Shown: positions 1 to 8,262 of the stretch, in pieces | How the letters are laid out: each line of letters opens with the position of its first letter | Position numbering within the stretch: position 1 is the first letter of the stretch | DNA from: a virus | Lineage: Duplodnaviria; Caudoviricetes | Virus record (IMG/VR): IMGVR_UViG_3300021957_000181 | Location: 1-31,068 of that record | DNA length: 31,068 nucleotides | Direction: 5' to 3' (one strand) | Notes under the pieces: generated by a model | Seen by the model: only the letters and a program-made list of their open reading frames with translations | What the model was told of the DNA's origin: nothing | The model's database searches: none | Made by a program: the position numbers and the translations under genes

Positions 1-1043
1 TGTTTCATAGCCATTTCTTTGGCATATGCTTTAGGACTATATGTATCACCCCATTCCCAATCTTTAGAACGAGTGTCCCATTCCATTACTTTCCATTCGC
101 CTTTATGACGAATATTTGAATCATATTGTTTTTCTACTTTAAAACGTCTACCAGTAGGAAACTTAATTTCTACTTCCCCATCAGGCCCAGCTTTTTTCCA
201 ACGAGGACCCGCAGCTTCATTTAAATCTACTTTTTCAACATCAGTTAACCAGCATCTCCATGTTTCATCTTTTGATTCTACAATCAAATAATTAGTACCA
301 AGATGCTTGATATTTCCAACAATTCCTGTTTTAGTCATAACAACAGATTCGCCTTCTTCAAAAATGCTGTTGTTAACATATGCTTCGCGCAAATCTGAAA
401 CAGGCTCTAATTGAACATGCCGTTTAAACTCTTTTGCTTCCTTCAAACCCATGCCTTTACGGACAGCATTAAATAGCTGTTTTGCATCGCTATTTGACAT
501 AGATTTTGGAAGACCTTGAGTAAATGCTACAAAGTCGTTATTCTTAACCGAGTTGCGCTGTTTGGTTGCTGATACACCATCAATATCATCTGATGAATCA
601 TTTCGCTCACCAACATTTACAAACTTAATAGACTTAAAGTTATAGAATCCATGTCTGCCTTTAACTCCATTATATTTGTTTAGTAAAATATCAAACTCAC
701 GAGAACGTTCTCCGTCTCCTGCCATTACTATATTAATATAACCTTCTGCAAAAAGCGCAGAGGCAATATCCATAACTGTTTTCATTTTATTATTTTTAAT
801 AATTTGTCGAGCGTGCTTTGGAAACATCTTACGTGCAAATTTAATTTTGTCATTATATGACAATGGATTCTTTTTAGGGTCGCTTGATTTAGAAAGATAA
901 ATTTTATACGGATTTTTACCTGCTGCGCGAGCAAGCTTGTTTAGGAGCATCTCATGCCCTATCGTTGGCGGGTTTAATCTGCCAAACGTAAAATAAACTG
1001 TTTTTTCTTCTTCAACTAAGAATTGACTAAACGAATTAATCAT
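1..1043 (-). CDS. Cytidylyltransferase/HIGH-superfamily nucleotidyltransferase domain protein (partial, runs off the left edge)
   Basis: Translated by hand from ATG at 1043: MINSFSQFLVEEEKTVYFTFGRLNPPTIGHEMLL...; the FGRxNPPTxGH motif is typical of this family in marine T4-like phages. No stop seen before the window edge. Confidence 0.75.
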   Translation of the reverse strand, partial: MINSFSQFLVEEEKTVYFTFGRLNPPTIGHEMLLNKLARAAGKNPYKIYLSKSSDPKKNPLSYNDKIKFARKMFPKHARQIIKNNKMKTVMDIASALFAEGYINIVMAGDGERSREFDILLNKYNGVKGRHGFYNFKSIKFVNVGERNDSSDDIDGVSATKQRNSVKNNDFVAFTQGLPKSMSNSDAKQLFNAVRKGMGLKEAKEFKRHVQLEPVSDLREAYVNNSIFEEGESVVMTKTGIVGNIKHLGTNYLIVESKDETWRCWLTDVEKVDLNEAAGPRWKKAGPDGEVEIKFPTGRRFKVEKQYDSNIRHKGEWKVMEWDTRSKDWEWGDTYSPKAYAKEMAMK

Positions 1044-1506
1044 TATTTTTTGCACCACCACGTTTTTTAGACATTTCAGCCTGTCTAATCTTAGGAAATA
1101 ATTTTTTTGACAAACGCTCGATTTTTGCTTTTGACGCAGGTGTATCTAATCTTTTTTCAATTTCCTGGCGGCGTGCATAGGTCAACTCACCCTTTGGAAC
1201 GTCTTTTGTAATTCTTTTTAGAACTTGATCTCGCGCTGTTTTTCTAGCACGTGTCTTTAATTTTTCTGGAGATGCAATACGACGTTTTGCTCGCTCTCTA
1301 CCAATCTTAATTCTTGATTGGTATTTCTTTAATTGGCGAGATCGTGCGCGTCTTTGCTGTTGTGTAAGAGCTTCATCTACTGCATCTTCATTAGTGTTGC
1401 CAGTAGGTGTATCCATTTTACGTTTTTTAGCATTTTTCTTGACTTGGTCCGGCATTCCTGGAGCATAGTCAACTGTTAAAAAATCTTTAAAGCCTAGTTT
1501 AGCCAT
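1036..1506 (-). CDS. Basic (K/R-rich) hypothetical protein, likely internal head protein
   Basis: 156 aa ORF translationally coupled to both neighbours; N-terminal FKDFL motif; very basic C-terminal part. Confidence 0.7.
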   Translation of the reverse strand: MAKLGFKDFLTVDYAPGMPDQVKKNAKKRKMDTPTGNTNEDAVDEALTQQQRRARSRQLKKYQSRIKIGRERAKRRIASPEKLKTRARKTARDQVLKRITKDVPKGELTYARRQEIEKRLDTPASKAKIERLSKKLFPKIRQAEMSKKRGGAKNND

Positions 1507-2735
1507 TAGTTTCTTCCCGGTTTATCCCATCCTTTTAATATATTTGGTGAAAAGTTGTTGTATGAAAATTCCATACGATCAACAAGTTTCACGGCGTCAC
1601 CACCTAATTTGTCAATTGCAACAAAGCCTTCAGCTCCTGTTACTTTAAATCCATTACGAGTTTTTACAAATGTCTTTATTTTTTGTAAACTGTTAAGTTT
1701 ATTTATAAGTTTTAATTTCGCTAAAACTATTACTTTTTGTAAATCAAACATCAATTTAAGCGATTTTTTATTTTTTTCTGAGAAAAATACTAAAACATCA
1801 TCTAATTTTTGCTGGACTGTGGCTTGACCACGTGCCGATTTACGTGCCATTCGTTCACGATCAAATTTTTCTTTAATCCATTTGACGAGGTTGTTTGTAT
1901 GCTGTGCTGTATTCCGTATGGTTTCACCTCTTCTGACATAGGTGTTATTGAATTGCTCGATGAGTTGCGCGAGCTTCTGGTTTGATTCCAATTGCCGTAA
2001 CGTTGTGCCAGAGATTTGATTAAACAATTTTCCAGCTTGCGATAAGTGTTCATTGACTTCTTCCGTTTCTTTTTTAGATAAGGTTGCTTTAGTCAAATCA
2101 CGCAGCATTGCGTCCTGTGACCATACTTTTTTAGACTTTTTAAATTTACTAACATCAACACCGTATGATGCTTTCATAGTCTCAAATGTTTTACCTGTGT
2201 AGGTGGTGTGCCATACAATTCCAATTTTAGCGCTTTTAATTTCTTTCACACTGGGTGAATTTGCTGGAATTGCATAAGCAATAGTATTAGGATGAAATGT
2301 AACGTATTTCTCTCCTTTAATATTTTCTGTCTTTAAATCTCCAGGACCATATAAGAAGTCGCCTTGCACGACGCCTTTGATACCCAGAGCAGGAAGCTCT
2401 TTTAAAGCTGCGTTTAGTTTCATAGCAAGATCACCGCTTGTATCATCGTTAACTTCATCAGCAGTTTTATAGACTTTTGGATTTTTATTAAAAATACCTT
2501 TTTTAGCCACAAAGAAACGGCCGTCATTTGGATCAATGCCTGCAAAAATAGAAGGAGCACCGTCCCACTTAACAGATAAGCTGCCATCATGGCTTCCGGC
2601 CAATGTATCTCTTAATGATCGCAAAGCAAGAATTGCTTCACGTGTTCCTTTGACTCCACCATAAAGGACTTTATCCTCAATATGAGTCATGTGAGTGTTC
2701 TTTTGCTCTGATAAAGTTTCTTTAAAACTTAGCAT
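1506..2735 (-). CDS. DUF6267-like protein with RNA-ligase-type nucleotidyltransferase motifs
   Basis: 409 aa; HMTHIED N-terminus, VKWDG (KxDG motif I), VQGD, EGFV and KLV in the order of ligase motifs I, III, IV, V. Confidence 0.6.
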   Translation of the reverse strand: MLSFKETLSEQKNTHMTHIEDKVLYGGVKGTREAILALRSLRDTLAGSHDGSLSVKWDGAPSIFAGIDPNDGRFFVAKKGIFNKNPKVYKTADEVNDDTSGDLAMKLNAALKELPALGIKGVVQGDFLYGPGDLKTENIKGEKYVTFHPNTIAYAIPANSPSVKEIKSAKIGIVWHTTYTGKTFETMKASYGVDVSKFKKSKKVWSQDAMLRDLTKATLSKKETEEVNEHLSQAGKLFNQISGTTLRQLESNQKLAQLIEQFNNTYVRRGETIRNTAQHTNNLVKWIKEKFDRERMARKSARGQATVQQKLDDVLVFFSEKNKKSLKLMFDLQKVIVLAKLKLINKLNSLQKIKTFVKTRNGFKVTGAEGFVAIDKLGGDAVKLVDRMEFSYNNFSPNILKGWDKPGRN

Positions 2736-2744
2736 TTAATTAAC

Positions 2745-3806
2745 CTATCTATATTTGAAATCACACATAAGACGAGTTGGATAGCCATCCTTACCCTGTG
2801 TATCTCTTAAATTAAGTTTAAACATATATGTTTGTGATTGCATTTCAATATCAATACGTTTGCCTTTGCCGCCCTTGCCGCCATAATATATTACGGGAGA
2901 AGATACTTTAGCAGCCTTTGCCATGGCTGCACTATCCATTTTTTTAGATAATATTTTTCCACTTAGTTTATGTATAATATGATAATTGAAACCAATACCA
3001 GACTGCAATAGAGTAGACATAGCAGCTTGGTTAAATTTTGGATTACGATCAATCGAACCTTGGGCTGTGCCATTAAATATGTCACAAAACTTTTGTTGAT
3101 TTATACCAAACAATTTTAAAAGTTTAAGACCATTAACATTTGTAATTTTACTATTCTCAATTTCTTTCTTTGTAAGAATTGTTTTTACGCCAACATTAAA
3201 GAAAGTAGTAGTTCCGCCAAGTTTGAGAGAAAGATATATTGGACCTTTGTCAGTTGTTACTGTAATGTCTGTTACAGCAGCGCCAACATCGTATCCTCTC
3301 CCTTTTGGATTTTTTAATTGAATAGTTGGAGAAAACACCAATGGCCTACGAGTATTTTCCCCGCCTAAAATATCTACTTTAAATTTTTTGGACGACTCAA
3401 TATCATAAGTTTTATTTAAGTCCTCAATTGCTGCTAGCATTTTATTGTCGGATACGGTTTCACCGGCCCACCATTTTAACATTGCATCTGCAAACTGCGG
3501 CTCAAATAAGTTACCACGGTTATTTGCGCCTCGGTTACCAGATGAACCATTTCCAAATTTAACTTTAACTTTTGATAATCCAGCTTTTTGCTTTATTTGG
3601 GCTATGGTCCAATCACCATCTAATGCTCTTGAAATATTTACATTTGTTTTTTTCGCTAAATCAATATTGATAGGTGTTTCAATTTCTTTTGAACGCAAAA
3701 TAGAAAATAGGCTAACAATCTCTTTAACACCTTCAAGTGAAAAGTTATTTGCTTTTAGCTCTCTGTCTAGCTCATCTAAAGATTTTGGAAAAAATGTATA
3801 GGCCAT
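2745..3806 (-). CDS. Putative PD-(D/E)xK-fold nuclease-like protein
   Basis: 353 aa; GNLFE helix followed by TDITV...IYLSLK, resembling an E...D...(S)xK catalytic core; directly downstream of a late promoter. Confidence 0.5.
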   Translation of the reverse strand: MAYTFFPKSLDELDRELKANNFSLEGVKEIVSLFSILRSKEIETPINIDLAKKTNVNISRALDGDWTIAQIKQKAGLSKVKVKFGNGSSGNRGANNRGNLFEPQFADAMLKWWAGETVSDNKMLAAIEDLNKTYDIESSKKFKVDILGGENTRRPLVFSPTIQLKNPKGRGYDVGAAVTDITVTTDKGPIYLSLKLGGTTTFFNVGVKTILTKKEIENSKITNVNGLKLLKLFGINQQKFCDIFNGTAQGSIDRNPKFNQAAMSTLLQSGIGFNYHIIHKLSGKILSKKMDSAAMAKAAKVSSPVIYYGGKGGKGKRIDIEMQSQTYMFKLNLRDTQGKDGYPTRLMCDFKYR

Positions 3807-3829
3807 AAAATCTCTCGTTGTTTTACATC

Positions 3830-3837
3830 TATTTATA
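3830..3837 (-). promoter_or_regulatory. T4-type late promoter TATAAATA
   Basis: Exact gp55 consensus about 24 nt upstream of the ATG at 3806. Confidence 0.75.
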
Positions 3838-3860
3838 ATAAAAGGAGCCGTAGCTCCTTT
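3838..3860 (-). terminator. Intrinsic terminator
   Basis: AAAGGAGC-TACG-GCTCCTTTTA on minus: UNCG tetraloop hairpin with T tail, right after the stop at 3859. Confidence 0.75.
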
Positions 3861-4041
3861 ATGTTCGTTCTATAAAAATTTTATCTCCTTGTCGAATATA
3901 TTCGTATTGATATTTTTCAAATCCAGAGTCAATAAGATCTTGATTAAGATTATCAATCATCTTTTTTACATTAGTAACATCTTCAGGTGATTCGATAATC
4001 CCAACCAAGCTGGGATTATCTTTATCTTCAATTGGTCTCAT
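3859..4041 (-). CDS. Hypothetical protein
   Basis: 60 aa; ATGA overlap with the upstream gene. Confidence 0.65.
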   Translation of the reverse strand: MRPIEDKDNPSLVGIIESPEDVTNVKKMIDNLNQDLIDSGFEKYQYEYIRQGDKIFIERT

Positions 4042-4991
4042 GATGCTGTCGCAAATTCTACAGCTTTATTGGCTGCTTTAAGTTTACGAGACTGATTGAC
4101 GCCAAACCATGCTGACTCCATCCGGGCATCATCTGAACGACCAAGCTTGTGGTCTGTAAGATAAGTCACAGAGTTAAAAGCCTGCCACCAAGTACCAGCA
4201 CCAAACTCAGCACCAGGCTGGGTTTCAAGCAATTCAAATGCTTGTTGTGCTGTACGGGAAAGATCTTTAACTTCAGAAACTGGACGCTTTTCACGGTGAC
4301 TAAATACTTCATTATAGTATTGAAGCAATGCCTCAGTTGAAAACTTACGAGTTGAAAGAAACTCAGCCATCTCTTTATACTGAGCAAACTTTTCAGAAGC
4401 AAGGCCCATTTGCTCTTTAACCATATCAGCATCGAATGTAGAGCGATGGCCAACTTTTACAAAGTTATTAGACGCTGAGTTTAAAGAAAATGTGAGTGTA
4501 TTATTGCATACAACACGAATGGGAGTAAAGCGAATATCAACAGCTTTACCATATTGGTGAGGATTGCTAAACAAAAGATAGGAGTCAACTTGGTCTTCTC
4601 CAAGAATTGAGAATGACTCTTTGATTTTTGCGAGAGCGAATACATTTTTTCCATCCTTTAAAGATCCTGCACAATTCATTTCCATATCACCAGCAAGTAC
4701 GAATTCAGAAAAGAATTCAAATGCTTGATCATTTTGGACTGGATTCCAGTCGTCTCCGACCATGTCTAGGATTTTGCCATCGTCACGAACCAAGGCTTTT
4801 TTGCCCGGAACTTTAACGCCTGATGCGGTAAATACATCTTCTTTTTCTACTGTCCAATCAAGTCCAGCCTTTTGCATGATCTGGCGAGGAGTAAGATCAT
4901 TAGAGACCTGCGCTCCGAGACCATGCCAAGGTGTTTCACCTGCATAAGCCATTTGTGCTACACCGTTTACGAATTCAATTTCATGTGCCAT
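4038..4991 (-). CDS. DUF932/TIGR03299 phage-plasmid family protein
   Basis: MAHEIE...PWHGLG...AGLDW, PVQN, TPIRVVCNNTL and WQAFNSVTYLTDH motifs. Confidence 0.85.
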   Translation of the reverse strand: MAHEIEFVNGVAQMAYAGETPWHGLGAQVSNDLTPRQIMQKAGLDWTVEKEDVFTASGVKVPGKKALVRDDGKILDMVGDDWNPVQNDQAFEFFSEFVLAGDMEMNCAGSLKDGKNVFALAKIKESFSILGEDQVDSYLLFSNPHQYGKAVDIRFTPIRVVCNNTLTFSLNSASNNFVKVGHRSTFDADMVKEQMGLASEKFAQYKEMAEFLSTRKFSTEALLQYYNEVFSHREKRPVSEVKDLSRTAQQAFELLETQPGAEFGAGTWWQAFNSVTYLTDHKLGRSDDARMESAWFGVNQSRKLKAANKAVEFATAS

Positions 4992-5015
4992 AATATAGTT
5001 CCTTCACTTTTCATC

Positions 5016-5088
5016 ATTTGATACGTTTATTCTAACATATTACAATTAGTTTGTAAATAAAAAAGTGAGCCGAAACTCACTTTTTTTT
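5016..5088 (-). promoter_or_regulatory. Terminator + early sigma70-type promoter cassette, copy 1
   Basis: Hairpin GTGAGT-TTCG-GCTCAC-T6; -35 TTTACA (5052-5057), 17 bp spacer, -10 TAGAAT (5029-5034); leader ATCAAATG. Confidence 0.85.
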
Positions 5089-5094
5089 ATTTTT

Positions 5095-5307
5095 TTAGTT
5101 AAGGTGAGAAGGATTATTTTTATATGTTTTGATAAGTTGTTTAAGAGTGATAAGGTGAAATTCTGAAGTTGTTTGGTTATGTTGAGGAAAGATAAGGAAT
5201 TGGTTGGAAGAGGGTAAATTGAGAGATTTAATATGTGAGATGAGTTGAGGAATAGTGTTGAAGGTTGAAAGTGAAGTTTGGTTTTGATTAAGAATTTGGT
5301 ATGTCAT
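5095..5307 (-). CDS. 70-aa hypothetical protein on a nearly G-free coding strand
   Basis: ATG at 5307 preceded by a GGAGA Shine-Dalgarno and the copy 2 promoter (the ORF-track start at 5352 lies inside that promoter). One G (5163) after the start codon. Confidence 0.7.
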   Translation of the reverse strand: MTYQILNQNQTSLSTFNTIPQLISHIKSLNLPSSNQFLIFPQHNQTTSEFHLITLKQLIKTYKNNPSHLN

Positions 5308-5317
5308 ATTTATCTCC

Positions 5318-5391
5318 ATTTGATATAACCATACTACACTATTACAAATCAATTGTAAACAAAAAAGTGAGCAGTTAGCTCACTTTTTTTT
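5318..5391 (-). promoter_or_regulatory. Terminator + early promoter cassette, copy 2
   Basis: Hairpin AAAAGTGAGC-TAACT-GCTCACTTTTTT; -35 TTTACA (5354-5359), 17 bp, -10 TAGTAT (5331-5336). Confidence 0.85.
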
Positions 5392-5599
5392 CATTTATTA
5401 TTTCTGCTTCTCGAGCTTTATATGCAGCCTCAAAACCAATAGCGCCATATTCCGATCTTTCGGTGTTATTCCATAGCCTTTTAAAGTATGACTCGTAAAT
5501 ATGTTCAACAGTCTTATCACTTTCAGATCTGTTGATTAAGCTACCTTTGACTAACCAATTTAAACGGTTGGCTTCTTTACGAACATATGGTGTACACAT
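5375..5599 (-). CDS. Hypothetical protein
   Basis: ATG at 5599 after GGGAGA; its end (EKKVS-stop) lies inside the cassette hairpin. Confidence 0.65.
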   Translation of the reverse strand: MCTPYVRKEANRLNWLVKGSLINRSESDKTVEHIYESYFKRLWNNTERSEYGAIGFEAAYKAREAEIINEKKVS

Positions 5600-5631
5600 T
5601 AGCAATCTCCCTTTATTGCCTATGTATAAAA

Positions 5632-5657
5632 TGTTACCGGTAACGTTACCGGTAACA
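5632..5657. repeat. 26-bp perfect palindrome made of two tandem GTTACCGGTAAC units (LacI-family operator-like)
   Basis: TGTTACCGGTAACGTTACCGGTAACA in an intergenic region. Confidence 0.85.
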
Positions 5658-5663
5658 AAAAAT

Positions 5664-6323
5664 TTATTTTAAATTTTCTTCTTCTTTTGTTTTATATTGC
5701 CATTCGTCAGTATGACCAACAGACCATTTAGGTTGATCTTCAACTGCATAGTTTTGAGTACACACTTTAAAATCTGGTCGTTTTAAATCAGCAGGCGTTA
5801 ATGAGCTGTCTCTCCATATAACCCTGTTATTTGGTTGTGCAGCAAATTGTCCATTGTCAAGTCGGATGACGTTGAACGATTTGTGCTCGGGATCTTGCTC
5901 ACTGAAATTGGTGTCAAGGACAGACTTGTCGCGGTGGGCATTGTCAATAGTGAATTCGTATTCGCCACTGTGCATCTTTTTATCTTTTCCAAAGAACTCA
6001 CACCTACACAAGATTGGCTTTTCAAGAACAGTAATATCATAATCAAAACAATCCCATAGCTGAAGAACGTCAAGCGGGAGTTGTTCGTCAACATTAATGT
6101 CTTCCTTCCAAACAAACGCGGAAATAGGTAGTTTGTCATATAGTGCTCCATAATCAGTAAGTAGTGTTTCAAAATATAATGCTTTTGATTGTGTTGATTT
6201 AACACTGATCCAAATTCCTGGTGTCAAATTACCCCAGCTTGGATGACCCGGTTCTAAATCATAAAGATATTCCATCTTAACATATACCGCAACTGGCGGT
6301 AAAGGATGTACTAAAAATGCCAT
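5664..6323 (-). CDS. Conserved hypothetical phage protein
   Basis: 219 aa; LQLWDCF, EHKS and AAQPNNR motifs; function not recognised. Confidence 0.75.
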   Translation of the reverse strand: MAFLVHPLPPVAVYVKMEYLYDLEPGHPSWGNLTPGIWISVKSTQSKALYFETLLTDYGALYDKLPISAFVWKEDINVDEQLPLDVLQLWDCFDYDITVLEKPILCRCEFFGKDKKMHSGEYEFTIDNAHRDKSVLDTNFSEQDPEHKSFNVIRLDNGQFAAQPNNRVIWRDSSLTPADLKRPDFKVCTQNYAVEDQPKWSVGHTDEWQYKTKEEENLK

Positions 6324-6324
6324 A

Positions 6325-6903
6325 TTAGTTTGCCAACGGATTGTTTAAGGCTCTTTGCAGCTTATCATTTAATGCATTATCAAGCTCTCTCATATCTTTT
6401 TCAATCATTGCTCGAAGTGATTCTAAGTCACGTTCTACTTTAGTTTCTAAATCATTCATGCGACTGTTGTTCGAGTTCCTTAGACTATTTGCTTTTTCAT
6501 CATAGTCATTAGATAGTGCATCACGCTTGTTTTCAAACCGCTCTTCTGCGTTTTGAACAATTTCTCTAGTTTTTTGTTCGCCTTCACGCAACTTATCCTC
6601 TGTGCGATCCACTTGCTTTTCAATGCCAAGTATATCATCTCTAAGACCTGTTTTAATGTCACGGGTATATTCAATGGCCTCGTTAATACGAACCATATTT
6701 TCTTCCATTCTAAGAATAACTTTTTCGTTTTCGGCTGCAATAGAATCTACATCAATATTTTCTACAATCTCTTTCATATTTCTATAATCATTGTAAAACT
6801 CAAAGCCGCCCCATGCTCCACCACCTAATGTTGATAGTGCTGTGAGCACAACGAACATTTTACCACCTCTAAACGTGGTTCCAGCAAATTCAAATTCAGC
6901 CAT
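6325..6903 (-). CDS. Membrane-anchored coiled-coil protein
   Basis: N-terminal TM segment (MFVVLTALSTLGGGAWGGF), long heptad region, GGAG SD. Confidence 0.75.
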   Translation of the reverse strand: MAEFEFAGTTFRGGKMFVVLTALSTLGGGAWGGFEFYNDYRNMKEIVENIDVDSIAAENEKVILRMEENMVRINEAIEYTRDIKTGLRDDILGIEKQVDRTEDKLREGEQKTREIVQNAEERFENKRDALSNDYDEKANSLRNSNNSRMNDLETKVERDLESLRAMIEKDMRELDNALNDKLQRALNNPLAN

Positions 6904-6913
6904 CTATTAACTC

Positions 6914-7336
6914 CTAGTTCTCAAACTCAACGCCGCCAGCTTCGTTTAAACGCTTTAACGCTTCTAATTCTTGTTGCAATTTTAAAACTTCTAATCGTTT
7001 TTTTCTTAATTCTAATTGGTATAGGCTATTACAGTTAATTCTTTCCTTGGGCTTATCGAGTGGTATAACTATTCTTGCATATAACCCTACATCCTTCTCT
7101 TCATTTCCATAATCCGGTTCGCCAAATGGGCTACTATAATTATCAATAACCCCTGTCACTCCAAACTCAAAAGTTGTAGCGCCTCCAATAGAGTTCTTAC
7201 AATCTAAGTCTCCTGCACGAATACTGTCTTGTCCATATGATTGAGCTGCTCCAGGTAAGGATAATCCAATACCGCTATTGTTTGCTAAAGTATATGTAGG
7301 CAATAACATAGCCAATATTATAAAATGTTTTTTCAT
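6914..7336 (-). CDS. Exported protein with Cys pair and C-terminal coiled coil
   Basis: Signal peptide MKKHFIILAMLLPTYTLA. Confidence 0.75.
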   Translation of the reverse strand: MKKHFIILAMLLPTYTLANNSGIGLSLPGAAQSYGQDSIRAGDLDCKNSIGGATTFEFGVTGVIDNYSSPFGEPDYGNEEKDVGLYARIVIPLDKPKERINCNSLYQLELRKKRLEVLKLQQELEALKRLNEAGGVEFEN

Positions 7337-7722
7337 TCTTTAAACCTTTTCACTTTAGAGCATATCCTAGATGATATAATTGTTTTTGTTTCATAAGATT
7401 TACGAAGTTTAGATTTAGAACATATGTAAGTCACAATCAATTTATCTTTATCTCTGATAAATAAATCAATGCTAACTGTGCTTAGATAAGGTACTGGAAT
7501 AACTTTATACGTAGTAACAAATGGAATAGGATTCCAGTCTTTAGTGAATATACCAATTTCGTAATATTCAACATCTTCTCTTTTATTAAAGATAGTAACA
7601 GTAGTTGAATGTAGCCCGGTAATATAAGATGGATTTAACTTAGGGTATGTGGGAACCATTTCATGAGCATGCGCTTTCAGACCCACTAATATAGTAGCTA
7701 ATAACAAAACATAACGTAACAT
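7333..7722 (-). CDS. Exported beta-rich protein, possibly pilus-chaperone/Ig-like
   Basis: Signal peptide ending AHA; P-x-Y...VTIFNKRED...YEI pattern; Cys pair. Fold is inferred. Confidence 0.65.
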   Translation of the reverse strand: MLRYVLLLATILVGLKAHAHEMVPTYPKLNPSYITGLHSTTVTIFNKREDVEYYEIGIFTKDWNPIPFVTTYKVIPVPYLSTVSIDLFIRDKDKLIVTYICSKSKLRKSYETKTIISSRICSKVKRFKE

Positions 7723-7731
7723 AATTATTCC

Positions 7732-8247
7732 TTACTTAGCGATGCACTCAGCTTCTACTAATGCCGTATAATTACCTCCAGGAAAAGCTCGAGAGCCGCC
7801 TAATGTAGCAACTGATTCTGTTTCAAACCATGTTGATCCAGTGGCAGTCAAGTCATACTTATCTGTCATGCCAAGCTCTTGCTTGCCAGTTTCATATGCA
7901 CTCATTCCTGTTGCATCTGATACTGTTTTAACGGTCGTGTCTCCGGTCCAAGTTACCGTATCTGGCAATGTTGGACTAGTAGCAAATTCATCGGGCGCAG
8001 TAATATTAACATAGTAAGAATTAGCCAATGTAACATCTACTCGGATAACAGCATTATCACCACCAGCAGTTGCCTTTGTACTTAATTCATACGCATTAGG
8101 GTTACCATATGTGCCTGAAGTATCGGTTTGAATTACACATCGAGATTGCACGGTACCATTAATTGGTGTATCATTACTTTGTCCACTACCTGTGCTTGCC
8201 ATAGTCGTAATAGACAGAGCAACCAAGTATGTTTTAATATTAGACAT
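7732..8247 (-). CDS. Exported pilin-like beta-sandwich protein
   Basis: Signal peptide; PINGTVQSRC near the N-terminus and GGNYTALVEAEC at the C-terminus resemble fimbrial subunit termini; T/G-rich. Confidence 0.6.
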   Translation of the reverse strand: MSNIKTYLVALSITTMASTGSGQSNDTPINGTVQSRCVIQTDTSGTYGNPNAYELSTKATAGGDNAVIRVDVTLANSYYVNITAPDEFATSPTLPDTVTWTGDTTVKTVSDATGMSAYETGKQELGMTDKYDLTATGSTWFETESVATLGGSRAFPGGNYTALVEAECIAK

Positions 8248-8262
8248 TTAAGTCTCCTTAGT

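Noticed and set aside
5095-5307. G-less ORF explained by simple AT richness, G-to-A hypermutation or a DGR target
   Set aside because: The coding strand is C-rich, the frame is open, the flanking SD and hairpin keep their Gs, and no reverse transcriptase or template repeat is visible in the window.
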